Translations under genes and position numbers: made by a program
Notes under the pieces: generated by a model
Told to the model about the DNA's origin: nothing
What the model saw: only the letters and a program-made list of their open reading frames with translations
Database searches by the model: none
In this document: piece by piece, positions 52,894 through 64,000 of the stretch
Numbering within the stretch: position 1 is the stretch's first letter
Layout: each line of letters opens with the position of its first letter
From: Rotaria socialis
Lineage: Eukaryota
Assembly (NCBI GenBank): GCA_905331295.1
Contig: CAJNYD010000459.1
Span: 288,975-352,974 of the forward strand
Length of the DNA: 64,000 nt
Direction of reading: 5' to 3'

Positions 52894-53421
52894 TTATGTT
52901 CTTGTCTTCCGTGAGAAATTTTTAGTGTCACATTTCGAATAATTATATCTAAATGGATTATGTGTTCGTGGTAATGAACTATTTTGCTCGTTTGTTAACG
53001 TAAATATTGAAGTTTTCTTTTGACGATATTTTAAAAATATACATAGAGTAACAATGATTATCATCAAAACTAATGAAAATGTGCCAATCGCAATAATTGC
53101 TTTTAAACTTTCGCTTAAAAATTGATTATATGTCTTCTGGAAATCACTTATTGTATATTGATGAGTGTTTATTTTATTATTATTATTATTATTTATTTTT
53201 ATAGTATTCATAGCTACTTGATGAAAACTGCTTGTAGTAATATTTCGACGTGTTCTATTAAGAAGAGATCCGAATTTAGCGGCAGCACGACGTATTTGAA
53301 CTAAATCATAAATTGCTCTTGATGAAACTACAGTTCGATTAGAATACATATGTTGAATATCCATCGATTGTGAATGTGTAAATATCAAGTTTAGTAGAAG
53401 TATGCCGTAGAAATGAAACAT
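52894..53421 (-). CDS. Uncharacterised single-pass membrane protein (175 aa)
   Basis: Signal peptide MFHFYGILLLNLIFTHS, several N-x-S/T sequons, TM AIIAIGTFSLVLMIIIVTLCIFL followed by KYRQKK, and an NPF in the tail. Confidence 0.7.
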   Translation of the reverse strand: MFHFYGILLLNLIFTHSQSMDIQHMYSNRTVVSSRAIYDLVQIRRAAAKFGSLLNRTRRNITTSSFHQVAMNTIKINNNNNNKINTHQYTISDFQKTYNQFLSESLKAIIAIGTFSLVLMIIIVTLCIFLKYRQKKTSIFTLTNEQNSSLPRTHNPFRYNYSKCDTKNFSRKTRT

Positions 53422-54760
53422 AATACCTATAATAGAAGGTAACCTTCGTTTTTCGCGTCTAGTTATGCACACCGCATGCATATTTGTCTCAAACAAGCTA
53501 ATACAACTTAACAGAACAAGAAACAGATTGCAAACCACCAACAGATCTGTTTAAGTGTTTTATTGCGTGTATATAAGTTGTCTCATGTGTTCGTCTTTCT
53601 CTAAGAGCTATCGAAATACAAATGATGATTGCGAAAGGAGAAAAAAAATAAACGTAATGAGTTACAATTGATTTTATTCAAATATTTTGTAGTTTGATTT
53701 TCACGTATTTTCACTTATAAAATATAATCAAAATATTTCTATTTTTCTACGAAACCATGTATTATAATTAGTATTTAATTTTCAAAAATATATTAGAACA
53801 GCTAATCAGAGATGAATGCCATTGACCAAGCCTAAGATTTATCAAGTTAATCGTTTATGATTTAATAATACTTTTATTGTGGCATTCTACACGAATTTTT
53901 GAATCATTTCTACAACTCTTTGTGAATAACAAAATTATTATGATTAGTTATTCATAGTCTAAATTTTGCTCCCACAAGAAAAGCTCACTTTCGAAAACTA
54001 ATCTTAATAGTTATATTGAAAAAATATTTTGCATATTACATGAGAAAAAATAGATTCTAAGTGAATGAGGAAATTCGAAAAATTTCATGCACAAATATAT
54101 ATATATATAAACTTATTTATAAAATATCATTGAATATAATTATCAATAATTCAATCTATAAACGAAAAGATTAAGACAAAACAGAAACATCATATTTGAT
54201 TAAATTTAAAGAGCAAACGCTCAGCATTCTTTTTCGATGGTAAATATGTATGCATGCACATTCTTTCTAAAGCAAGTTTTTTTTTTGTTTTACCTTTCTC
54301 TCTTTTCTTGTCGTTTTTCTTCTCCTAGCTTATTGACTGGTATCGAATCTTGCTTGTTTTATTTCTGTACCATTTATTATCGTATAAAATAATAGAACGG
54401 CATTTATACTATTAGACAAGGTATCGTTACCTGACATAATGAATTCTTATCGAGTTTCCATCGACTTAAGAGGCAATATGAGATGATGAAAGAAAACCAT
54501 ATTGACATTTTCTTTTTCAATGAATGCAAAGAGCGACACGACTCATTGACAAAGCGTTTGCAATGTTAAATAAATAAATAAATAGATAGGTTTTTCATTG
54601 TTATTGAAGCAAAGTTTCTATTTGATCGATTTTTTTTATTTCTTTTTCTTTTATTTTTCGTTGTCTTCATCAGTAAAAAAAAACATTAAAAAAATTTGAT
54701 AGAAAACAACTGTTATACATTTTGAAATGCTGCTCGCTGGTTATGATGAAGATTAAATAA

Positions 54761-55543
54761 TCACTTTGAATTTGATACATCGTCAAAATTTTCAACAAGA
54801 TCTTTGAAATAAAATAAAATAGAAGGATTTCTTAATTAAGATATCTACATACCGGGTACTTCATCATCAGCATCAGCACCTGTTTGCTCACTTTGTTCAT
54901 TACCTGATTGTTGTTGATCATTGTGTGTTGGAAATTTACGTCGACCTGCTTCGCTTGCTAAAACATTATCGGTTGACATACCCATTTGGGACATAATCGT
55001 CGGTAACATCTCTTGTAGAGCTAACAAAAAAAAATTATGAAAAACAACAATACTATTATGCAAATGCTCACATTTTGTGTCCGAATGGCCGCTTATAGCA
55101 AAAGTGTTTGAACTAAGCGAGGCTTGTACTTTAGGATTTGAAAAATGTATGACTTCACCATTGTCTTTAAACATGTTAACCTATTAAATTGAACAAAAAT
55201 AAATCTCTAGAAAAAAAAAACTTTTGCTCTAAAATTCAATAACCTCTTCAATGCCTTGAATATTATTAGCAGCAAGTTTTTTCAATGAACTTTGTAATTT
55301 CTTATCGTCAGCATTAGCTGGGCGATGAATAATTTTCTTTTTCCGACGAGCTGTACCCTGAACGAAAAAAGAATCCATCAGATATAAATTTTGAAATAAT
55401 AACCATAAGCAACAAACTTTGCCACCGATTTTAATTGCATTGGCATTTTCAGCAAGTTCTTTTAACTTTTTTTGATTAAGTTGAAATACTGGCGCAGCAT
55501 CAGTTGATGCAATCGACGTTGTTGTCTTCTGATCCGAGGACAT
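54761..55543 (-). CDS. BTF3: BTF3 / NAC beta subunit, 5 exons
   Basis: [13 protein letters not shown]...[51 protein letters not shown]...DDEVP|DLVENFD. Confidence 0.96.
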
Positions 55544-56004
55544 CTTTTTATTTTTTTTTTCTGAAATATAACCATATATTAAATGGTTGATTATTATTTA
55601 TCCCAAGATCAATGAGAAAAACAGAATGAAATAATACAGAAAAAGACATGAGATATGAATTCAGAAAAAAAAAACATATTGCAAGAAAAAAAATCAAATA
55701 GACAAAACACTGTTGTCAAATATATAGTATATGATATAATAATTCAACTAATAATGAAGTTTTGTAGTAGCAAAAAATGGAACAAAAGACAAAAAAAAAT
55801 CGCAAACGCGCAATAAAGAAAAGAAAAGGAATTTCAAACAAATATATAGTGTGATTAGATGAAAGCGCGAGGCAGGAATGGAGCAGCAGGGGCAAAACGA
55901 AAGAATAAATATTGAAAAAAAAAGGAAATTTCAATTATCTGACGCCTGCTGCGTTTTGAAACGTTTGTTTATTTAACATCGAGATAGTTAATATATATAA
56001 ATAA

Positions 56005-56010
<6 letters not shown>

Positions 56011-56042
<32 letters not shown>
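56011..56042. repeat. (AT)n microsatellite
   Basis: About 16 AT units just 3' of the CK1-gamma stop codon. Confidence 0.85.
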
Positions 56043-56046
<4 letters not shown>

Positions 56047-56060
56047 GGAGAAAAAGATCG

Positions 56061-58223
56061 CTAGGTTCTTCGAGGTGTAGTAGATGTTATTTGTAAAGCG
56101 CGTTTAGCTTTACGTTTAAAAAAACAACATGTAGGTTCTGATGGAGGACCAATTATAGATGAATGCTGTTCTTTACTTATATGTGTATTATTAGAATTAT
56201 TTACATTAGCTGGTTGCTGTTGTTGATGTGTATGGTGATAGGAATAATAAGGTAATGGTGGAGGTGGTGGTACTAAACCACGACGTTTTGTTGGTGGTGG
56301 TCCTGGCCGATGATTTTCTGTTGCTGTTCGCGATGATGATGATGATGGAAGTGTCAATTGAACTTTATTTGTACTTGCCATTGATAAAGTTGTTTTTGAA
56401 CCTCCATTCAATGTTGCTGTGGTTGGATTTGTGGAACGATTTGTTGAACTTAATGGTAATTGACGATTATATGTACTGCGTTGCACTGTTGTTGAACGAT
56501 TACGAGATTCATTATTATTATTATTAGTAGTAGTAGTAGTACTATTATGACGGGCTGTTGAAGTTTGTATAGTTGATGCTGATGGATTTGTTAGTGTATT
56601 TGTATTTTTATTCGTATTACCAGTAGTTATACCAGTTGATAGTACTGTTGGAACATTCGTTAGAGTTGTACCAGCAATAGTTGTATTCATTGCTGTTGTT
56701 GTCGTTTTACTACGATTTAATCGATGTTCTTGTAAACGTTTAACCCAATCGAAATCCCCATCATTAACGAGATTATTTTCATTGAGTGCATTATGAAATA
56801 AACGACGTAATCCATCGTACTAGAATTAATATATGTTTGTTTTGTAAAATAAAATATCACAGATTTAAAAATAAAAAACAAAATAACAACATACATCAGG
56901 TTCCTGAGAAAATTCCATTTGACGTACAGTTCGTATATAAATTAAGAATTGACGAGGATACCCTTCACATAGCATTTCATTCGTAGTAAAGCGTTTTGTA
57001 TCGCCAATTTTTTGATAACGTTCTTTTAATGTGTCTGCTTTTAAGCCTTGCCACTAAAAGAAAGAAAGAAAAAAATAATTATGATGATTAACTAGCTGAT
57101 TTTCGACATGGATCCTTATTTTGTTTTTCTTCTGTCATTAAAAAAAAATGTCAAAATTATGCTCAGTTTTTAACTGAAAATTATTCTTCGAATTACCAAA
57201 AACAAAAAGAGAATAAGTTGAGCTCAACAAGAATCAACTTAAAGTTTATAAATGGTTGATAATTAAAAGTGAGCATAAAATGAAATTTCACTATCATACC
57301 GGTAGACTACCCCGCAAGAAATACATAAACATATAACCCAATGCTTCTAAATCATCTCGACGACTTTGTTCTCGACCTTTAAAAAAAGGATATAATGATT
57401 TATAAATAATTTTTTATTAAGACAAGCTATACCAAGATGTGTGTTGATCGACATGTATCGAGCGGTACCTATATATTTATATGTATATATATATACATAA
57501 ATTAATTTCTAGTAAATAAAACTGTCTCATTACCAGTTAAACTTTTATGTTCACGATATGGTATATGTATTCCATCACCTGTTCGATATTCTTTAGCTAA
57601 ACCAAAATCCACAATATGTATAATATGTTGTCGATTTGTACTACCACGTCCAATTAGGAAGTTCTCTGGTTTAATACTAGAAGAAGACAAAGAAAAAAAA
57701 ATGCAAACTCATAAAATTAATGTATATCGTTTTGTAAACACATTTCTTACTCTCGATAGATCAAACTTTTCGAGTGCACATATTCAATTCTATCTAATAA
57801 TTGCAATGCAATCATTAAAACTGTTTTTAATGCGAAGCGTCTTGAACATAAATCAAATAGATCTTCTAATGATGGTCCCAATAATTCCATGACAAGTGCA
57901 TTACATGGACCAGCTTGACCATAAAAGTGTACTAGTGGAACTCCATCGTGCTTGCCTAACATCGAATAAAAACGATATTCATGTGATAATTGTGGTGTAC
58001 GCGTTGACGTTTGTTCTAATTTGATTGCAACATGTTCATGTGTTTCAGTATTACGACCTAAATGAATTTCACCAAAGTTACCCGAGCCTAGAATACGTCC
58101 TATTTGATAATGTGAACCAAGTGTTGTAGTTGAACGTAATAAACGATTCGTTGTTGTTGAACGTGAACCCGCACCCACACCTGCACTTGCACCATTACCA
58201 ACACCACTCGGATTCGAATTCAT
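56061..58223 (-). CDS. CSNK1G: Casein kinase 1 gamma (gilgamesh-like), multi-exon
   Basis: [90 protein letters not shown], and the C-terminal CCFFKRK palmitoylation motif typical of CK1 gamma. Confidence 0.95.
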
Positions 58224-60579
58224 TAGATGGAAAAGTTTTTTAAGTTTTCGAACAACAAAGACAATTGATGAATAAAGAGTAAAAAAACAAAAAAAAATTT
58301 ATTATATATTTCTTGTATCACTTCTTTTCTTCATTCGATCGATGCCATAGAATCTAAATATGAAAAAAAAAAGAATGACTACTTGTTCATCGTATGATTC
58401 TCCTTGTTAAAATATTCAAACATACATACATACACACGCACACGTTCAATATTACATAAAAGAGAATACGAATGTTCTCTTTCTCTCATCTACATAGGTT
58501 GCTGCGTCCTTTTTTCTTCTTTTTTTATATTTAAATTTTTTTCTCTCATTCTATTGTGGGTCACAGGCGATTCATACATATTTGGTGATTTATGATACGG
58601 CTTTTTCAACAAAATACTCTTACCTCGACAATGGTTTAAGAAAATAATCGTTGAAAAAAAATATTGATTAATATATGATAACATTATTTATCGAACAAAA
58701 TAATAAAGGACGGAAAAAGAAAATGAACAGTTTCCACTGATGTGAACACGTCTAAAATAAGACAAATATTAAACGGTGATTAAAAGTAAAATCTCATCGT
58801 GATAAGAAAACATATTTTAGGTTATTTCCCCTCCCATAATTAAAACAATATTAAAATGAACGATACTATATGAGAATTGAGAAAGGGAGAGACACACACA
58901 GAGAAAACTTCCAAGGATGATTTATTCTATATGAGAAAAAGGTATATATTGGATGGATACGTTTTTTGAACAAACAAATATTCAACTGTTGTGTTTTTTG
59001 ATCTACTATTCAATTTAATCGTTTACAATTTTTAATATGAAATCATAAATTCTAGAGAAAAAAAAGGTTTATTTATCACAACTCTTTTGTTTGATAGAGT
59101 TCTCAATTGAAAGAGGGCGCTACTTGATCGTTTGACTTCGATTAGATAACCTTGTCAACTAGGTAAAAATTTCCATCAGCTTGAAGTACTTCAACATCTA
59201 CTTGACTCTATTCTGTATATATTTTTATAAGATTGAACAGTAATAACCTTCGAAATAAGAAAAATAATTAACGTTTTTCTGTTAATAGAAAAAAAGAAAG
59301 AATATCAACAGAGTTTTAGCACTATATGCAAATAATGATATTAAGTATTCACACTCTTTTATTCTAATAGAAGCATCGATAGCTATTAATTTATATTCAA
59401 TTTTTTTTCAAAGCTAATCTTACCATAAAACAAATAAATTAATCGCTTTTGAAATATTTAAGAAAAGAAATTTCCGATCGAAAGTATATAGCCATAGATG
59501 ACATGATTCTCAAATACTAATTAAGAATGCGCCTTTTTTAAAATTTAAACGATGGAAGCTGAATAACACTACTCTTAGTATCATATTCAAAGTGCATCGA
59601 TGTCCCTGTAGGCGTTGAGTTTACTTCTCGGATTTCATACTTTTTGCGTAGCTAAGGACATGTAGTTATTTTCAAGAAAATTGTGTAAAACTCTTCCGAT
59701 GCTTTCAATCATTCTTGTTGAAGAAAAACCATGCGGAAAAACTACATAGAAGCTATTAACTACTTTAGTTATTATCTTAATATGTGAATAATTTAATGTT
59801 CATTGTTACAAGAATATTTTTCATGTGTACGAAGGAAGAAAATGATGTCTTGCAAGCCTGTAAATATTCATTTTTATTTGAGCGACAGACTATGTCTACG
59901 GAAATAATAATATACTTACAAAAGTGTATCATAATCGAATAAGACTCATTGCAATGTGAGAGACTAGTAATTATGTATGTACTTTCTATGAGAATTAAAG
60001 ATGGAACTATGTAAACTTGGAGTTAATATAAGGTTCTACGCGAATAAAACTTGTTAGCTCGATAGTTCTACTTCGATTCTAAACTTCAATTCTAGGAATT
60101 CAAAATTATTGTTAAATTTTAAATTTTAAATTTTAAAGTTAAATAGAAATGGTATGACTTGAAAGAGGTAATTATTAGGTCATGCTGTTGAGAATATTTT
60201 TTAGGCTTACTAAAAATTTGATGCAATTAGAGCTATATTCTGCATTGTCTCCCATTACGCCCTAGATAGATTATGAGAGCATTATTTTCTCAAAAGTATT
60301 GAATATTACATAGAAAATTTCTTTCTTCAATTTTGAGAAAGTTCTGCATTCAATTTTTCTCTAATTTTTTTTCAAGATCCATAGCTAAATAACGATTTAT
60401 ATTACTAAAAATCTGAACAGGATTTTTAATATCTGGAGTTTTTTTTTCTAGCAATGCAATTCTGATTTATTCTTTGAATGTGTTAGTGAAGACTTTCCAC
60501 TGAAGTGCAGGCTTAATTAGTCCTCTTTGCTAGTAGTTAATGAAATTGAGACTGTAACAAAAAACAGCAGTACTCAACT

Positions 60580-61040
60580 AGACAAGAATTTCCGAAAACG
60601 CGTTTAAACACACAGAAAAATGCAAGAAATCGGCAAAAAGTGGATGTTCGTAGATCACAATCGAGGTTCCCAATTGTGAGCGAAAAACACACAACTTTGG
60701 TTCTTTTTGCGCGTTTTCCGGCAAGAAACCTGTGTAAACACAGAAAAAGAACACATAAGTGACCATTTGTGTTTATGCCTGATAACCAGAATTATTATTA
60801 CAGTCATGTTCTCGGATATTAAAACAAGAAATCATTTTTTTCGGCGTTTTCACAGGTTTTTCGACGGAAAATGCGTTTAAACACACAAAAAGAATCAAAG
60901 CTGTGCGTTTTTCGCTCACGATCGGGAACCTCGATCGTGATCCACAAACGTTCACTTTTTGCCGATTTCTTGCATTTTTCTGTGTGTTTAAACGCGTTTT
61001 CGGATATTCTTGTCTGCTTTGGTAATGACCCCGCAGCCTG
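60580..61040. mobile_element. Tc1/mariner-like hairpin MITE, left terminus missing
   Basis: About 60580-60750 is the reverse complement of about 60835-61015. The right end reads ...CCGCAGCCTG|TA; no matching CAGGCTGCGG on the left. Confidence 0.8.
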
Positions 61041-61367
61041 TATGATATATATATATATCAACTCAAATTATAAAAAACTCTCCGGTAACTACAATGTCAC
61101 CGTTGTTGTTAGCTATTTTTAGAAAGCGGTGTGCAGATTTGACAGATTTTAATAGAATCCAACACAATTATAACTTTGACTAACAACTATCTTGAGCATG
61201 ATCATCAACTGGGATGAAAACATCTCCACTACAAGGGATTTTAAGACAAGATTGGGCATTTGATAAGCATGCATTCGTACTTTCAAACAAATATGTGAAA
61301 CGACTTTATTTCACATTTTGACATAATAAAGAGAGTACATTTAAATAAATTAGAGACACACTAATTC

Positions 61368-62208
61368 CTAGTACATGGTTCGAAAGATGATATTTTTGCC
61401 TGATGAAGAACGCAGTTATCCGCGCTATTTCATAGATTAGTCAAGATTAGTTTTTTTTCGCTCCATCCGAAGCTGCAGTCGGAATTTATAAAAGATTTTA
61501 ACAGGCCTTCGGATTTTACCTGGATTTTACATAAAATTAGAATTTGTAAGTTTTGCGCGCTTAAATTCTGCGAAATCCAACTCAATTTCAGACTTGCCGT
61601 TTGTACTAGGCAAAGTTTAAGAATATATTTGAAGAATGCATTCAAAACTGAACAGAAATAATATGAAAAAAGATACTCGGTCTATAACTCTCAATACTGA
61701 AAACAAGCAAACATTAGATCAAAAATTTCAGGAATTGCTTTTTCCCCTGTATAAAAAAGAACATGCTCGTCATTCGCAGTTATCAACCGAGCATCCTTTT
61801 TCATATTATTTCTGTTCAGTGTTGAACGTTCTCTTCAAATCTATTCTTAGATTTTGTTAGCGGCGGAGCCAGGATTTTGCACTGGGAGGAGTTCATGAGC
61901 GGCTAAAAATTACCTGAGGGAACTTAATCCCCCTCACCCACCCCATGGATTCGCCACTAGATTTTGTCTAATACAAACTGCCAGTCTGAAATTGAGTTAG
62001 ATTTCACAGCATTTGAACCCAATAAAATTTGAAAATTCTAATTTTATGTAAAATGCACGTAAAATCCGAAGCATTTTTTAAAATCTTTCATAAATTCCGA
62101 CTATGGTTTCAGAGAAGGCGAAAAAACTGATCTTGACTGCTGTATGGAATCAGAGGACAACTGTGTTCTTTACCAGGCAAAAATGTCATCTATCAGACCA
62201 TCTACTAG
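61368..62208. mobile_element. Older hairpin (foldback) MITE with about 255-bp diverged arms
   Basis: Left ctagtacatggttcgaaagatgatatttttgcctg versus reverse complement of right ctagtagatggtctgatagatgacatttttgcctg. Similarity continues to about 61625. Confidence 0.8.
61858..61959. mobile_element. 102-bp hAT MITE nested in the foldback element
   Basis: Perfect 8-bp TSD GATTTTGT (61850-61857 and 61960-61967). TIRs TAGCGGCGGAGCCA and reverse complement TAGTGGCGAATCCA. Confidence 0.9.
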
Positions 62209-62313
62209 CAATTGTTCCATCTCTATATATCATATTGGGATGAAAAATGAATAAAAACATCAAAATGCATTAAAAAAAATGAAAATATAAATAAAAATTG
62301 TCGATATCAATGA

Positions 62314-62470
62314 TAGAGGACGGCGGCAGCTAATAAATTTTGAAATTTCGCATGCCATCGGCGACGCGGCGGTTATAATTAGAGCGCCTCAGCGGTGACG
62401 GCTCAAAAAATCTTAAAATTTCCACTACCCCGGCGGCGGCGGCGGCTCAGCCCCACGGCTGACACCTCTA
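62314..62470. mobile_element. hAT-like MITE remnant with CGG subterminal repeats
   Basis: TAGAGG...GGCTGACACCTCTA ends and CGGCGG-rich interior. No matching TSD. Confidence 0.5.
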
Positions 62471-62698
62471 TTTGTATGTTTTCAGAAATATTTCCTTTTG
62501 AATTCAGACACTGGTATACTGATATTCGAATTAAATTGAATAATATTTTTTACAGATTCAAGTTCATCTTTTAGTATTCGTTTTTTAAATGAATTCGATG
62601 ATGAAAAGAAAAGAAAAAGTTTTTTCAATCTTCGCTGTAAAAAAAAGTGACAAGAAAACAATCAATTATTGTGAAAATATACATATAACATAGCAATA

Positions 62699-64000
62699 TT
62701 AATCGATAATCATCTGATCGGCTCCATTATTATTGGCTCCACGATGCATTGGTTGTTCCGAAACATTCATCATTGCTTTGAAATGCTTAAAAAGATAATA
62801 GCAGAAAAATATATTGTGATACATATGTTTTTCTTTTTATATTACTTCAGAATTTTTGAATCCAAGATAGAGTGTAAATAAAGCATTTAATGATTGAATA
62901 CGTGATTCATACACAGGAATATCCAGAAGTGCTTAAGATAAGTAGAGATCAAATATATTAACGAATAATAATATTTTACATACAACATGCAATATCAGCG
63001 TATGTAGCTAAGTCTGTATCAACATCAGCAGGTGGTACCGATGTCTAGAAGAGACAGAAAATTATTTAATACACCATAATTGCTTAAAAATAATAAACCT
63101 CTTTAAGAAGTTCTTCAAATTGAACTGGCCATTCTTGCATTAAACTATCAATATCGGGCATAGGTCTATAAGAATATAAGGTCATAATTTATAAATTTAT
63201 AATTTTCTTTGTTGACAAACTTTCGATATTGAATAGTATCAACTGTCTTGGCTTTTTGTAATTTACTAATATTATGTACCCATTCTTCAATTGCTTTTGG
63301 ATTTTTGTCAGCATTTGATACACGTCTAATAGCCTATGAAGAAAATTTACGCAAGAAGAAAAATAACTCCAATAAATATCGATATTTGCATTCCGTTCTA
63401 CTCACATTTGTTAAACTTGTACTTATAGGTTGTTTGGATGTATAACGTAGTTGAAGCTTAAGAACATGTGGATCAGTTTGTCTTGATGATGGTTCATCAA
63501 GCACAGCAAGGCCAAGTGAATCTTCTTTTCCATCAGGTCGTGGTACCTTTATTGAAAAGAAAATTGCTTATTCCCGACTTGTTTTTATACGTTCATATAC
63601 TTTAAGAAAAGCATCAATGTCACCAATAGCTGGTATATATTCTGAAATAAATGGTCTTAATTTTGTATCAAGTACGATGTCTTGTGGTTGAAATCTAAAT
63701 GGAATTTAATTGGAAAAAACTTCTTGTGCAAGCGAAGAAAAGATAATCGATTACTTTTCAATACATTTAAATATATCTTTTATTTCTGCCGACACTGGTA
63801 AATCTCTATACAAGGATGGATCGTATGCATTTGGATCGGGTGCTCTATATTGTTTTTGACCACCAGCACCACCATTTAAGATTTGTGATGACGGCGGATC
63901 ATAATCTGAATCGCCTTGTGTATCATCATCCTATAGGATAAATAATGCTTTTCTAAGATTAAAAATGACATATCAAATATCATACACGCGGACTAACACC
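62699..64000 (-). CDS. IFT46: Intraflagellar transport protein 46 (3' part; 5' end outside the window)
   Basis: YDPSLYRDLPVSAEIKDIF...PQDIVLDTKLRPFISEYIPAIGDIDAFLK|VPRPDG...LGLAVLDEP...DPHVL...NPKAIEEWV...MPDIDSLMQEW...LLDIPVY...IQSL..LFTLY. Confidence 0.95.

Overview
AT-rich eukaryotic genomic DNA with many short (about 50-70 bp) GT-AG introns. The gene style is consistent with a bdelloid rotifer (Adineta/Rotaria type); this is an inference, not a database result. Recognisable genes: syndapin/PACSIN, MLF, a short filamin-like gene, tRNA-Asp(GTC), a TRPA1-like channel, a trypsin-like serine protease, BTF3/NAC-beta, casein kinase 1 gamma and the 3' part of IFT46. Orphan genes include a tandem pair of paralogous type I membrane proteins with shared intron positions, a small secreted peptide, an S/T-P-rich 84-aa protein and a small coiled-coil protein. 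Intergenic DNA holds several non-autonomous DNA-transposon derivatives (Tc1/mariner-like hairpins, hAT MITEs with 8-bp TSDs, CCC-ended elements). The most unusual structure is at about 118-2700: roughly 28 non-coding units of about 92-93 bp whose length and motif spacing are tightly kept while the sequence is strongly diverged. It starts right after the stop codon of the secreted-peptide ORF. No CRISPR array, autonomous transposase or clearly horizontally acquired gene was recognised. Exon coordinates were read by eye and may be off by a few bases.
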